NCBI RefSeq assembly: GCF_006345805.1
Contig: NC_043001.1
Coordinates: forward strand, 92,256,001 to 92,320,000
DNA from: Octopus sinensis
Lineage: Eukaryota
Direction: 5' to 3'
Length of the DNA stretch: 64,000 bases
Under the pieces are notes generated by a model, which saw nothing but the letters and a program-made list of their open reading frames with translations, was not told the DNA's origin and did no database searches. The translations under genes were made by a program, and so were the position numbers. Shown here piece by piece: positions 45,400 through 60,150 of the stretch; positions within the stretch are counted from its first letter, which is position 1; each line of letters starts with the position of its first letter.

Positions 45400-46200
45400 A
45401 CTATTTTTAAAAAGACATGAATGATGTTCATGATTTGGAATCTGTGATGCACCTCTACTTCAAGACTAATATTGCACATTTGTGACATCTCAGATCAATT
45501 CGCATTCTTTGAAAGTCACAAGTTGTCAATAGAAGATTATGGACTGCAGTATCCTAATGATGAGAATAAACAGTTAGAAAGGCACGTTAGCAATGGTTTA
45601 CTAATTTGCTGTCTCCGAAATGGAACTTCCATTAATCAGTTCATTTCTGGATTTTCTGTACCGTACGCTTCCAAAAGTTTTGATTCAACTCTTAGCGTTA
45701 TTTTTCTAACAAGAACTCGCAGAAAATAGATCAAACAGTCGAAGAAAAATACTGGACCAAGAACAATAGCCTGTTTTGACATTTTAAAGTATTCAAAACC
45801 GGGTAACAATCCAATTTCATACCTTTTCTTTGCTCATGGCCTTGATATTTCTTGACCGAACACTTTGTATCTGTAATAGCATATCTGAGTCAACCATTTC
45901 TCAATACTGTGTATTAGGGATTAGATGTCTTGTTCTATAGACGTGTCTATGTATCTCATTCAACGTTCCCTATTGCCATTTATATTGACACAAATTCTGT
46001 TTATTGTATTGATGTCAACATAGGACATGTAAAACTAACCCGAGGCTATGATTTCATCTGTTGGCATAGAGTACGACAAACTCCGAGAGATATTTATCAA
46101 TCGTTTGATCACCTATTTCCTAATATTTTGCCAAATGACTTACATTTCTTTTGCAAGGATATAGTGTTTCCAGATCAGTTTTCACAGATAATTCCTCTCT
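45400..46200. pseudogene. Possible heavily decayed Helitron Rep/helicase remnants
   Basis: Weak resemblance only (KLSIEDYGLQYP on +; HYILAK...N and YSMPTDE on -). Confidence 0.25.
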
Positions 46201-48220
46201 TAAAGACAGCACAACTACTATCGTGTAGACAGTTATGAACCATTTTTCATTTTTAAATAAAAATAATAAATGCGCCCTTTTAAAGCATAGCCAGGCTCAT
46301 GGGCATGGTTTCCCGGTTTCAATGGCGTATGGACGGGACGCCAGTCCATCGCAGAGTTACTCATTTTTGCCAGCTGAGTGGACTGGAGCAACGTGAAATG
46401 AAGTGTTTTGCTCAAGAATACAACGCGTCGCCCGGTTTAGGAATCGAAACCACACTCTTACGATCATGATGCTGACACCAAGCCACGCGCCTCCACACAT
46501 TTTTCGTATAAGAGACATGAAACTAAAGAATCGAGAAAATTGTTACTGAATACATATTCTACTTCGTGATAGTGAAAGAATGGAAAAATTGAGTCTGTTG
46601 GTATGATTCGGTTTTCAAATTGTGTTGGATGAATGTGATACTATAAAGAAAGGAAAATATCAACATTTTAGGAGAGAGAATCAGTCACTTAAGTGTTATT
46701 GGTTCCTAAGTGGATAGAATTTGTACGTTTATCTGATAAAGTTCCTAACGAGTAACGTCGATAGAGTTAATGTTTCCTCTGACTTTTTTTTGCGATGGGT
46801 GTCCGCAGAAATTTGCTCGGGAACAAATTTAGTTTTTTGTTCCAAAATATGTGCGTACCAAACGAATAAGAACCCCTCAATTTTTTCAATTAACAAGATT
46901 CAAATTCATCTTTAAAACTTTGTGTGCGCACAATTTTTCCTTCGTACGCTAGATGTAATAAGTGTGCGCTCCCAGGTTCACAGCATAGATTGAACATTAA
47001 GTAGTTTTTTGAGAACGATGCGAACACTTTCTCCAGCAAAGATACTATACACTGAGGGACTGTAACTGAAGATTGAATTGGAATCTTCCTTACTATGTAA
47101 AGGCTGATTCGCCTACAGAGACAAATAGATATGGCAAATTCATGGAAACTTACAATAGAAAAGACAGATGATTTCACAGACTGTCAAAGATCGACAGCTC
47201 AATGACTACAGTTGATATCAAGTTGATATGAACACGACAATATCAAACAATTGAGGACAGATGTTTACTAGATATTGAAATGATTCGTGGCAAAATTAAT
47301 GTCTAGCGTACAAAAAACCTCATTCTCTAAAAAATAAAAAAGGATGCGTCTCAGAACCAGCAAGTATTACATACAAGGTGAGCTCTTTTGGAGTGGGCGG
47401 GAGGATAAGTTCAGCCATTTCAGATCTGATAGCAGGTTATATGCAAGACGTCCGAATATAAATAGATCGCCCATTCACTTCAAATGTCACAAAAATATAC
47501 GTATTTCTTTAAAAAATCTGTTCAGTGATCCTGCACTTATAATGACCACTTGTGTGAATGTGTATGTGTGTGCACGCGTGAGTGTGTACATACATACGTA
47601 AATACATACATACATACATGCATACTTACATGCATACATACGTACATACATACACATCATACATATATATACACATCATATTTACATTCGTACATACATA
47701 AATACGTGCATATATGTATGGTTGTATGTATGTATAATGGAGAAAATCTGTATGATTGTCCGAAGAAGAGGTGAACGAGTAATGTCCATACACTTAATGT
47801 TCCCTCTAGCTTTTGTGATGGGTGTTCATGCATCTCTTGTCTTTCTGTGTTTATGTACATTCATATACATACATTTAAATGTGGAGTCGTAGGGAGCGTG
47901 GAGTTACCCCTTAATTGCCATTATTTTTATCCAGAACGGGGGTACCTGTTAGAGTTCCATCTATGGATTAAATATATTTTTTTGTATGAGTAGACTGAGC
48001 TCCTTCGCTGCTGAGAAAGCAATCAATCTCCGAGATGGAAAACTCCCAAATTTATAGCTTCTTCCAATAAGCTCTAAGACAGCACGGAAGAGAGTATTGG
48101 TGAAACTATCTTGGGGTTAGTTCCAATAACATAAGTTAATACTATGCAGGCATCCATCCCATACTAGTGCGCATTGTAGCGCAAGCGGAGAATGGGAAAT
48201 GGTGATGATATATCAGTGAG

Positions 48221-48442
48221 CTGGCAAGATCGTTAGCACGCCGGGCGAAATGTTTAGCGGTATTTCGTCTGCCGTTACGTTCTGAGTTCGAATTCCGCCG
48301 AGGTCGACTTTGCCTTTCATCCTTTCGGGGTTGATAAATTAAGTACCAGTTACGCACTTGGGTCGATATAATTAACTTAATCTGTTTGTCTATCCTTGTT
48401 TGTCCCCTCTGTGTTTAGCCCCTTGTGGGTAGTAATGAAATA
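48221..48442 (+). mobile_element. SINE family A with 14-bp TSD
   Basis: GATATATCAGTGAG at 48207-48220 and 48443-48456. Confidence 0.9.
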
Positions 48443-48474
48443 GATATATCAGTGAGTCTGTGCACATATAAATA

Positions 48475-48507
<33 letters not shown>

Positions 48508-49068
48508 AAGTGTGTGTGAGAGAGAATGAGAGAGAGAGGCAGTGGTGGAGCTCCGCCGTTCAACGATAAATACTCAGGTGTTCGATCAATTGAATAACCT
48601 GCTCACTGAATTAGCGTACATGTGGTGGAGTATACCACAGAAAAATGCACCCTTACTATAATTTTCAGGCAGAGTCAGTGAGAGGCAGTGTGTGACAAGG
48701 TTGTACCTTTTGAATCACGGGTACAATCCACCTGACGGATATTTCTACGGCTTCCATCTGTCCAATTTCATTAAAAAGACTGGGATCGACCCGAACCATG
48801 CTTATATGAAATGATCTTTGTCTTGTTCGCACATTGGGATCGAAGCCCGGACCTCATCGCTGCGAAGTAAAATTTACACATTCAGCCAAACACACAAACA
48901 CACACACACGCACGCACCACACACACACACACACACACGCCCGCGCACATGTACACATGTGATGTGTATGTAAGTATATGTGTGTTTATGTAAATGTGTG
49001 TGTGCGTGTATGTGTGCAGATGTGAATGAGTGTGCGCGCGTGTATACATACGTACATATCTATCTCTC

Positions 49069-49148
<80 letters not shown>

Positions 49149-49189
49149 TATATAGTTTCTTACAATATTAGTTTTAAAGTTTAACACAA

Positions 49190-49748
49190 AACCAGCAATT
49201 TTGGTGGAGGGATAAGGCGTTGGCATTGATCCCAGCGCTCAGCTCGTATGTATTATGCCGACTCTGAGAACTTGAAAGGTAAAGTCAACGTCGGCGGAAT
49301 TTGATCTCAGAACGTAACGACAAACAAAATACCTATTTCTTTACTACTCACAAGGGGCTAAACACAGAGGAGACAAACAAGGACAGACGGACGGATTAAG
49401 TCGATTATATCGACCCCAGTGCGTAACTGGTACTTAATTTATCAACCCCGAAAGGATGAAAGGCAAAGTCGACCTCGGCGGAATTTGAACTCAGAACGTA
49501 ACGACAAACAAAATACCTATTTCTTTACTACCCACAAGGGGCTAAACACAGAGGAGACAAACAAGGACAGACAGACGGATTAAGTCGATTATATCGACCC
49601 CAGTGCGTAACTGGTACTTAATTTATCAACCCCGAAAGGATGAAAGGCAAAGTCGACCTCCGCGGAATTTGAACTCAGAACGTAACTGCCGACGAAATAC
49701 GGCTACGCATTTCACCCAGCGTGCTAACGTTTCTGCCAGCTAGCCGCT
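49190..49748 (-). mobile_element. Head-to-tail SINE family A trimer (184-bp period)
   Basis: Units restart at 49321 and 49505; there is only one tRNA head. Confidence 0.9.
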
Positions 49749-50866
49749 TTATAGTTACTGCCAATATTATCGTACTCTCTTATGAAGCAGAAATGAAATT
49801 GAAATCAATCTACTTGCCTATCTTCCCAGTTGACAGTCTTACATTTCCTCCGCTTTATTGATCAAGTGAATGCTGCAAATTGGGAAATCACTAGAATAAT
49901 AAACAGCTGTCCAAGAGCCAATACATACCTACTGTCAACGATGATCTGTGTCTCACATCAAGTAATTCAAGTCATTGTACCCATCATTCTGTAAATAGAC
50001 ACCACAGTACCCACAATACATGAACTCCAGCACTGTATATCTACATTTAAATTATCGTGTTTTTCAAACGACCCGATCATTATTGCTCGTATACTCTTCC
50101 GTTAATTCACTAAAATTAAAGTTGCAGCTAGACAGATTTTTATTCAACTGGCAAATGTAATGTCTCTCATAAAACATTTCGAATTCGATTAGATTGTGGC
50201 TGTACCTGTGTTTTTCTGTGATGTCAAAATGTCTTCAGTGTTATGCATATAAATTGTATTATATTATATTATATTATATTATATTTACTGATGCTGCTAG
50301 AGTTGATGAACCCATATATTTCCGTTGGTTACACACTAAATGTCAAACAAATTGATGTCACATGATACAGCTCCACTTGCGTCACGCTAACGTGTTCTCT
50401 TATGCCTGCACCAAATAAAAGTTCTTAATGAACGCTTCTTTACAAACAAAGCGTCTAATTTGTTTGTCGTGTTATTGTGTTTGATTATATTTGTTATTTT
50501 AAATGGTTTAAAGACCGCAGGGACTGGGGTAAGTCGACCTTTATTTCATTAAAACAAACTGTTTTAAATAAATGATATTGGATTTAAAGAAACGTTAACA
50601 TTTGAACATAATACCGAACTATCTCTCAAAAAATACACGAGAACACTGTATGTTTTAAACGGTACACATATTTCACACACGCAGCTACGAAAGTGTATTC
50701 AATCAATGTATTTGTATTGCTATGTTATATTTTATGCATACATAACGTTTAGGGCAGTTGAATATAGTGAGAGACATTAAACATAAGATACAACAATGTT
50801 ATGGAGTGTTCCGTTCTCAGTATGTTATAATACCGAAATGTCACGGTATATGTTGTATGACGTTAA

Positions 50867-51473
50867 GGCGGCGAGCTGGCAGAAACGTTAGCACGCCGGG
50901 CAAAATGCTTAGCGGTATTTCGTCTGCCGCTACGTTCTGAGTTCAAATTCCGCCGAGGTCGACTTTGCCTTTCATCCTTTCGGGGTCGATTAAATAAGTA
51001 CCAGTTACGCACTTGGGTCGATATAATCGACTTAATCCGTATGTCGGTCCTTGTTTGTCCCCTCTATGTTTAGCCCCTTGTGGGTAATAAAGTAATAGAA
51101 ATAGGTATTTCGTTTGCCGCTACGTTCTGAGTTCAAATTCCGTCGAGGTCGACTTTGCCTTTCATCCTTTCGGGGGTCGATTAAATAAGTACCAGTTACG
51201 CACTTGGGTCGATATAATCGACTTAATCCGTATGTCGGTCCTTGTTTGTCCTCTCTGTGTTTAGCCCCTTGTGGGTAGTAAAGAAAAAGGTATTTCGTCT
51301 GCCGCTACGTTCTGAGTTCAAATTCCGCTGAGGTCGACTTTGCCTTTCATCCTTTCGGGGTCGATTAAATAAGTACCGGTTACGCACTTGGGTCGATATA
51401 ATCGACTTAATCCGTATGTCGGTCCTTGTTTGTCCTCTCTGTGTTTAGCCCCTTGTGGGTAGTAAAGAAATAG
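50867..51473 (+). mobile_element. Head-to-tail SINE family A trimer
   Basis: One full copy plus two headless units, each starting GGTATTTCGT. Confidence 0.9.
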
Positions 51474-54389
51474 TTATATGTTGTATGACGTTTCAGTGAA
51501 AGCTAGGCCAATAAACTACACACACACACACACACACACATCTTTTATCATTTGCTTGTTTCATTGGATTGCGGCCACGCTAGGGCATAACTTCGAAGAC
51601 TTTAGTCGAACAAATCAGGCCCAGTATTTATTTTTGATTCCGGTACTTATTCTATGGGTCGCTTTTGACGAATTACTATATTATGGGGACGTAAGCAAAA
51701 TGAAAAGGGTCGTGAAATGGTGAGGGGTAGCAAGCACTTAGACACGCACACTTAAACATGCGAGAGGCTTCCGCACAGTTTCCTTCTACTAAATCCACTA
51801 ACAAGTCATTGGACGGCTGGGGCTATAATAGAAGACACTGACTCCGAAACCACGTGGTTGTAAGAAGATCTTCTTAACCACACAGCCATGCCAGTCACAG
51901 ATTTCTAGATTAATATTAGTTTGATATAAAATGCTGTAAAATATGTTATGAACATTTATGAGTTTGTCTACATGTACTTTCTTTGATAACAGTTAATCAT
52001 TTGCAAGACTAGCATGAGTCTTTGGTTGTATGGTTAATAAGGTCGCTTCGTAACCATAAGGTTTCGGGCTAAATCCCACTCAGTGATACCTTGGACAGGT
52101 GTCTTCTACTATAGCCCCGAGTCGACTAATGCCTTGTAAGGGAATTCGATAGACGGAAACTGCGCGCGCGTGTATGGTTGTGCTTGTGTTTGACCATCAC
52201 CACCACCACCATCACAAGACGGCGTTGCTTTGTTTACGCACCCGTAACTTCGTTGTTCGGTAAAATCGAGCAACTTTAGATACTGAGGTAGATTTGTTCG
52301 ACTAAACGCTTCAAGGTGGTGCCCCTCTATGGCCGCAGTCCAATGAGTGAATGAGTGAAAAAATTTAGTTTCTTAATTCCTTACATCTCTGATTATATTG
52401 TGATGCAGATCAAGGTAATAGTCAGTTACGTCAACTCAAATCTATAATTGCTAAAATGAATAGGTAAGAAAGATGAATGCCAATGTTTATCTGCAGTATT
52501 CGAAATCTATGTTAAAATCTAAATTAAAATATAGAAATTGAAACGCATTTTAATTAATACTTTAGTGTCTTAGCTATCAAAAGCAGACTATTTCTGGCAG
52601 TACTCTTGCTTTCACTGCCCACATTAAACTATAACACACCTCTATGGTTATTATGCCAAGTTATTCTTAATTTTGTTTCTCGTATTAATCTAAACACATA
52701 ACAGAATAAGACAGTTGATCGAAATCTATTCGCTGTAGGGTGGAATACGTTCGTCTATAACAAACAGACATATTATTTCTCAAGAAAATATTTCACGACT
52801 AATGATCATGGAAAGCAATTTCTACTTCCATGTTCTTTAAATAAATTCATCAAATAATGGCTTATAACGTTATTAAAGCAATAATTCACACATTAAATCA
52901 ATTCTACTGCACATATTTATTCATATCTACTTTAGATGACATGTTTAAACAGCACCGTATTTTTGTAAAGTGATGTTCTACATCGCATTGCGTGTATATC
53001 TGGCTAAACGTTGAAAGAGTTGAAATGCCCGTTAGTGGCCAGGTGCTCTCTTAGTTTATAGACGTAAACTACATCATCTTATGTATGGTAAATATTTACA
53101 GCATGTCAGAATATTATTTTTTAACAGTCAGAGTGCAGTGCTAGTGGCCAGTTAGTATCTGACTGAACTTTGATTGGATTGTTATGTACATACGGCAATC
53201 AGCTAAGAAAATTGCCCCATTATTAATGAGAGTATGTCATTGTCTAAATAAGTAATTATATTTAACGTAGGCGGAGGAGATGACGTATTATTTGAATTAA
53301 CAATTCATATAGGTGTGCAAAACTAGTTTTGTATCTATCTATCTATCTATCTGTCTAAACATACACACACACACACACATATACAGATGCACACATATAT
53401 ACGCACACATACATATATGTATGTATTCATGTATAAATGTATATATGTGTGTGTATATGTGTGTCTATGTATGTATATACATATACATATGCACATGTAT
53501 ATATAAATATGTACTCTATATATGTAGACATAAATGTGTGTGTGTGTGTGTGTGTGTGTGTTTTGTCCGTCTGTATATATTTTGGTGATCGTTATTGCTT
53601 TTTAATTATTAACTTTTTGATATTTTGTACCCAAAATGTTTAAATAAATAACTACTTTACAACTTCAAGAAATTATATAAATCATATAATCCCTCCCTCT
53701 CTTTCTCTTTCTCCCTCTTCCTTTGTCTCCCTCTCTTCCTCTCCCCACCCTTGTCTCTCACTCTCTCTCTCCTACGCACACAAACACATACATATACACA
53801 TACACAGGCAGCCTCATGCAATTTTGTATGCTAAAAACCTGGAGTAATTCCAACTATGATTCTGTTTTTTTTTTCCATTGAAGAGTCGACCGTAGATTTC
53901 AGCAGGTTGAAAAATAATGACAGTTAGCTCTATAAGCGCGGGAGAGCAATAAATGCTGGAAATTGTAGTCATATGCTAGGCTTCAGGCTGGAAGATAGTT
54001 CTTTAACACTCCAGAGAATCGGTAGGTGCTGCCACGCCCAATGCAAAATTATATGGAGTATATTTGGGAGTTTTGTTCAGTGGAGGCAGTGCACCAGCAT
54101 GGCTAGGGTCAAGGAGACTCAATCAAAGAAATAAACGAAAGACAGAAATTTCGCATGTATATTATGTAGGTTTGTAATGTAGTGTATGTATGAATGTGTA
54201 TGTATATGTATGTATTTACGATAAATGTGACATACATATATGCGCGCGTATATATATATATATATTATATCACCGTGATCACCGTTACCGACCATGTTAT
54301 CAGATGTTTACTACACATCGTTGGTCACAATGCGCTTCACATTGTTTTAGCCTTCAAATGACGCCACCCTGCTGGCTAAGCGACCAGGC

Positions 54390-54494
<105 letters not shown>

Positions 54495-54623
54495 TGTGTG
54501 TGCGTGTGTGTATGTATGTATGTATGTATGTATGTATGTATGTATGTATGTATGTATGTATGTATGTATATATATATATATATACACAGATATATATATA
54601 TACATACATACACACACACACAC

Positions 54624-54657
<34 letters not shown>

Positions 54658-55001
54658 TATATCCAGGAATCGAGGTGTAGGAAGAAAGTTAGCTTCAAGC
54701 AATCCGTAGTAAATATATAAATAACTTTCAGGGACAATATTAGTTGATTGAGACAGGAGGTTGTGGATTTTTTCGTATTGAACTACGATAAACGGAAAAG
54801 TTCTTTTTATATTTCCCGGTAGGCGACCAGGGGTGCCGGGTGTGCGAATAAGAATGCAAGAATTACAGAATGGAGTAGATAAGATCCGAGCTACATATAT
54901 TTCATAGCTAGCGGAACCGCAAGCTATGAAATATACGGGGACGTAAGCATACCAGCATCGGTTGCCAAGCGATGTTGGGAGGGACAAACACACACACACA
55001 A

Positions 55002-55092
<91 letters not shown>

Positions 55093-56256
55093 CGACGGGC
55101 TTCTTTCAGTTTCCGTCTACCAAATCAACTCACAAGGCTTTGGTCAGCCCGAGGCATAGTAGAAGACACTTGCCCAAAGTGCCACGCAGTGGGACTGAAC
55201 TATGTGGTTGGTAAGCAAGCTACTTACCACACAGCCACTCCTACACCTATATGTATATATAGGTACTTCTTATCCATTCATACTAGGTACTTAAATTGAG
55301 GTACCGAATAAGTGACCTGACTGGATAAGAAGTACCGTATAAGTTACCCGGTGTTCAGAATATGTAGGGAAGTGCTCTGAGGAAAATATTGATAAGAATA
55401 GTAGATAACAGGCGAAAAATAAAAGAATTGTCAGAGAGAAAAATATCTTTCTTTTCTTCATCATGATGCAGAGATGATAAATTGATACTACAATAAAAAG
55501 TAAAATTATAAACTTCCCCGTCGAGTGTTCATATTCACTCTAGTCATGCGTATTCCAATGAAATTCCGAGATGAGGAATGTTACAGGTGATTTACGTTTG
55601 ACTAAACCAACAATCTACTCAACATACACAACTGCATGTACAACAGACTATTATCTAATATCATCGTAAATATTTAGAGAAAATCTTTTTTCTGTCACAT
55701 GCAAAATATAAACATAGGAACCAACGGTATTATTCAAAACTGGGGAGATGATAAAATAGGATTCTTAACTTCTCATCCTCCATGAATTACAATTTAAAGA
55801 TCATAAAGTAGATTTTGCTAACATTCTTAAATGCAAAAACAGAGTTTAAGTTTGGTTTGAAAAAATGTCATGGACACCATGTTGCTTAAAACCAAAACAT
55901 GGCTACTACAAACAAGGAAATACCTCCTTTTTATGAAAACATTTTAAGGATAGAAAATATTGGCTTAGGGTTTTCATGACGGAGCTGAACTATGTATGAA
56001 CCATTGTTTTGTGTATTCTAGACGTAATCTCTTTTACTCTTTTATTTGTTTCAGTCATTTGACTGCGGCCATGCTGGAGCACCGCCTTTAGTCGAGCAAA
56101 TCAACCCCAGGACTTATTCTTTGGAAGCCTAGTACTTATTCTATCGGTCTCTTTTGCCGAACTGCTAAGTAACGGGGACGTAAACACACCAGCATCGGTT
56201 GTCAAGTTATGTTGGGAGACAAAGACTCACAAGCATATACACACACATACATACAT

Positions 56257-56308
<52 letters not shown>

Positions 56309-56602
56309 GACGGGTTTCTTTCAATTTCCGTCTACCAAATCCACTCACAAGGCTTTGGTCGGCCCAGGGCTATAGTAGAAGACACTTGCCCAAGGTACCA
56401 CGCAGTGGGAATGAACCCAGAACCATGTGGCTGGTGAGCAAACTACTTACCACACGAAGATTAACGCTAACATATATCGATACTTCGAAATTACCTTTTC
56501 AGGGAACATGAATGACCGTAGTATGTACAAATTTGAAAAATACCTCATCATCTTCAAGAATTTAGGCCTAAAATACCTAATACATATCCCTCTTTATATG
56601 AA

Positions 56603-56987
56603 AACTCGCAGTATCGCCCGGCGTTGCTCGGGTTTGTAAGGGAAATAACTATAAAGCATTTTTAGAGAGTTATAGCCAAAAAATAGCAAAAAAATGGAAA
56701 AAAAATTATGGTAAATTTTTTTTTGAGAGTAAAAAAGGTCGAGTTGCGTCCCCTAGACAGTCTGTGGTTTGTGTTTCTGATTCTCGACCCCATGTCGAAT
56801 TTATCGATTTTTTCAGAACTGGGGGAACTTTTCAAAATTTTCGCTGCGTTAGTTTTGAATTATGACATTGGGCTATGTGTGTGTCAAGTTTCATCAGAAT
56901 CGGTTGAAAGCCGTGGTCAGGGTGAGGGTACAACCTAACAGACACACAGACACACACAGACAAACTGCCGTTTATATATAGAGAGAT
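56603..56987 (+). mobile_element. Non-autonomous Helentron/DINE-1-like element
   Basis: 5' AACTCGCAGTATCGCCCGGCGTTGCTCGGG with a small hairpin, 3' (CAGA/CACA)n followed by CCGTTTATATATAGAGAGAT, and no TSD seen. Confidence 0.55.
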
Positions 56988-58099
56988 TTGTTTGACGTGA
57001 CTCTCAGTTTAGAGCATGTTTGTTTTATTCGTGTCACGAAACCTATAAAAAGTCGTTGCACTGTATCCAGTTATTCTAATCAAGAACCAAATATATTTTC
57101 AGGGTTCGTCTCCGCCACCTGTCAGCGAGTTTTATTCTTAATTACCATTAAACAGAAATCAGTGGCGTATCGAATGATTATAAATAAAATTTTGAAAGAA
57201 GCGGATACAAAAGTGCCAAATACTCTGAAAAACAAATGTAGAACAAGAAAAATTATCCAATTTAAATGTAAGAAAAAATGCAGGGAAAAAGTTCCTGAAG
57301 CAAGTATCTTTATATTTTCTAAGAACTCATAGGTACTACAATATATTGAATACATAACCTATTAAAATTGCCAATGCTGGGACGAGCAACGCATTAAATG
57401 TAAAATAAATATCTCCACCGAATCTACAGAAAGTTCTTATATTTAGGACCCAGCCAACTGTTCTCTTTGCGGACATTACCTGGCTACTTCCCTAGAATGT
57501 GTGAAGGTTCAGGTTAATAATATTTGGTGACTAGAGAAAATCAGTGAAAATCCTTTTAAAATATCATGGGCCATCCTTGATTTCACTTCCAGCTAAAGAC
57601 AAGGGAACATTGGACCAAGCTAGAAATATCAACTTTGTATAAGGGAAGCAGTTACCTGTTTGAGCATTAACAACGAATTACCGTGCACAAACATGTACAA
57701 GCGTAAATATTAATTTAAATATTAAATAGGCATATTAAGGCAAATATCAAAAAGACAGATTAATTCAATTGTTATGATTGAGGCCTGAAGAACTACATCC
57801 TTCCATCGCTAGAAGTTGGATTACAGCAATGATAATTACTACATGCTGAACTTTTGAAAAGCTTTCTTTATGTTACCTGTTCTACTTGTAGCTTGTATTT
57901 GTGAAATGCGTTTTAACCGGTCCCTTTCCTTGCCCGCAAATTATAGCCGTGTTGTACTCTTTCGTCCCAACTTTCTCTCTCTCTCTTTCTTCCTGTTTCT
58001 TGAGTAACGCTGTAATGGACTGGCATCCCTTCCAGCTGGGGGGAACACATAGAAACCGGGAAACCGGGCCCATGAGCCTGGCTAGGCTTGAAAAGGGCG

Positions 58100-58176
<77 letters not shown>

Positions 58177-58884
58177 AAACACGCATGCACACATATATAT
58201 ATATACATACGTACATATAGCCGATATTTATCTGCAGGAATAACTAATACGACTGTATCCTTTTTTTTTATATGTAGTTCTCTTTGCTGTGTAACAATGC
58301 CACAGTTTTTCTCGAACCAGCTGTTCTTGGTGTTACTTTCCTGCTTTTTCATCAGTAAGTAGTAAACATTCTTTGTTAGTTTTGATATATTTCTATATCG
58401 TTCAGTCACAATATAGTAGCTCAATGTTAATGTTTTAATAAAAATACTGACTTTAAATTTGATTGAATTTTCCTTCGATCATATCTACTGAAGGGATATT
58501 ATGTTAATGTATATTGGGATGACTGAAAGTCAAAATTCTAACTTCAGATTAGGGAGTCTGTTAGTATTTGAACTCAGAGTGTTTTCTTAAACCAATCAGA
58601 ATTGTGAGAAAGATGTTTATTTATAAATGGAACATACTCCATTTTACCGTGAGATTAACAAAAATAAAGATAAAGGCATGACTCAAAAAAAAAAATCATA
58701 ATAACGATAAATTCTGTTATAGACATCATCTGCTTATTTCGTTCATTAAAACGGTTTCTTAAGTGAAGAGGTCAGACAGCAAATATTTCATTAAATTTCC
58801 TATGAATCTGGAGTTTTGTTTTGCACCTCCGCACAAAAGATAATATTAATACTGGATGTGTCCTAAGGTGGCGAGTTGGTAGAA

Positions 58885-60150
58885 TCATATGTACAAGTTA
58901 TCAGATATGAAACTGGAATTGTGGATTGGACAAAAGACGAAACGCAGAAACTTGACAGAAAAACTAGAAAGTTGTTATGTACGAAGCCCACCACCCGAAA
59001 GCTGATGTTTACTGGCTGTACTTGAAGGGAGACCAGTGTGGAAGATGTTTAACTGGTGTGGAAGAGTGTATGCAGGTAGAACGAAACAGCCTACTTGAGT
59101 ATTTACATAGTAGTACAGAAAATTTACGAAAGGGAGTGAGTAAAGAACTGGTGATCATGAATGGAATAAGATTAATGGGAGCATGTTAAACAGATTGAAG
59201 GGAAAAATTCGTGTGGTCAGTTTTGGAAATTAACTGAGGATGTATGTGGAACAAAATCCCGAGCTTACAAAAATATACGCGTCTGGAGAATGGGTCTGCA
59301 AAATGTAAAGTATGCGGGATTTGGAATGAAACAATGGCATACATTGTTGCAGAATAACTCAAGTTGGCTCAGGAAGAATATAAGAAATGTAGATATGATC
59401 AAGTTGTGAAAGTTTTGCACTGGGAGCTTTGTCGAAAATGGAAGTACATGGTAAAATCATCGAATAGAAAGAGTACTTGAAGGCGGCGAACTGACAGAAA
59501 CGTTAGCACGCCGGGCAAAATTCTTAGCGGTAGTTCGTCTGCCGCTACGTTCTGAGTTCAAATTCCGCCAAGGTCGACTTGCCTTTCATTCTTTCGGGGT
59601 CGATAAATTAAGTACCAGTTACGTACTGGGGTCGATCTAATCGACTTAATCCCTTTGTCTGTCCTTGTTTGTCTCTTCTATGTTTGGCCTCTTGTGGGCA
59701 ATAAAGAAACAAGAAAGAGTACTTGATTCAGAAACGTGAAGAGTTTGTGGGATTTTCCTATTCAATCGAATAAGAGGATGGAAGATAAACAAGTCAGATA
59801 CTATAGTAATAGACAAAAAGGTAGAATTCTCATACGGATTGATCCACCATGTCCATTTCATGCTAGGATTGTAAAGCAAGTAGATGAAAAGTTGGGAAAA
59901 GACAGCCCCTTAAAATTTGAGATTGCAAAGAATTGGAATATGAAATCTGTAATGATTGTACCTGTGAAAATTAGTGCATTAGGAAGTTTGAGTGATAAAA
60001 TAAGACAAATGTATAAAGGAAATTGAAATAGAATGTCTACAGGTTTGCCTCTTGGAACTGGAAAGATTATCAGAAGGGTTTAAGCACTTGTTGGAATCAT
60101 GCGGGCACCTAAGGTTACAAGGAGTAACCCACTATGTATATAAATTCTAT
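58885..60150 (+). mobile_element. R4/Dong-type LINE 3' fragment interrupted by a SINE
   Basis: IRYETGIVDW, HHPKADV..LY, CKVC, LWDFPIQ, and VPVKISALGS motifs. Confidence 0.85.
59481..59711 (+). mobile_element. Full-length SINE family A with 15-bp TSD inside the LINE
   Basis: AGAAAGAGTACTTGA at 59466-59480 and 59712-59726. Confidence 0.92.

Noticed and set aside
46890-47177. Minus-strand ORF and a 27-nt AG...GTAAGT micro-exon candidate near 47150
   Set aside because: No recognisable product and no link to the gene model.
49190-51473. CRISPR-like appearance of regularly repeated units
   Set aside because: The units are 184-bp SINE bodies without unique spacers, in eukaryotic DNA.
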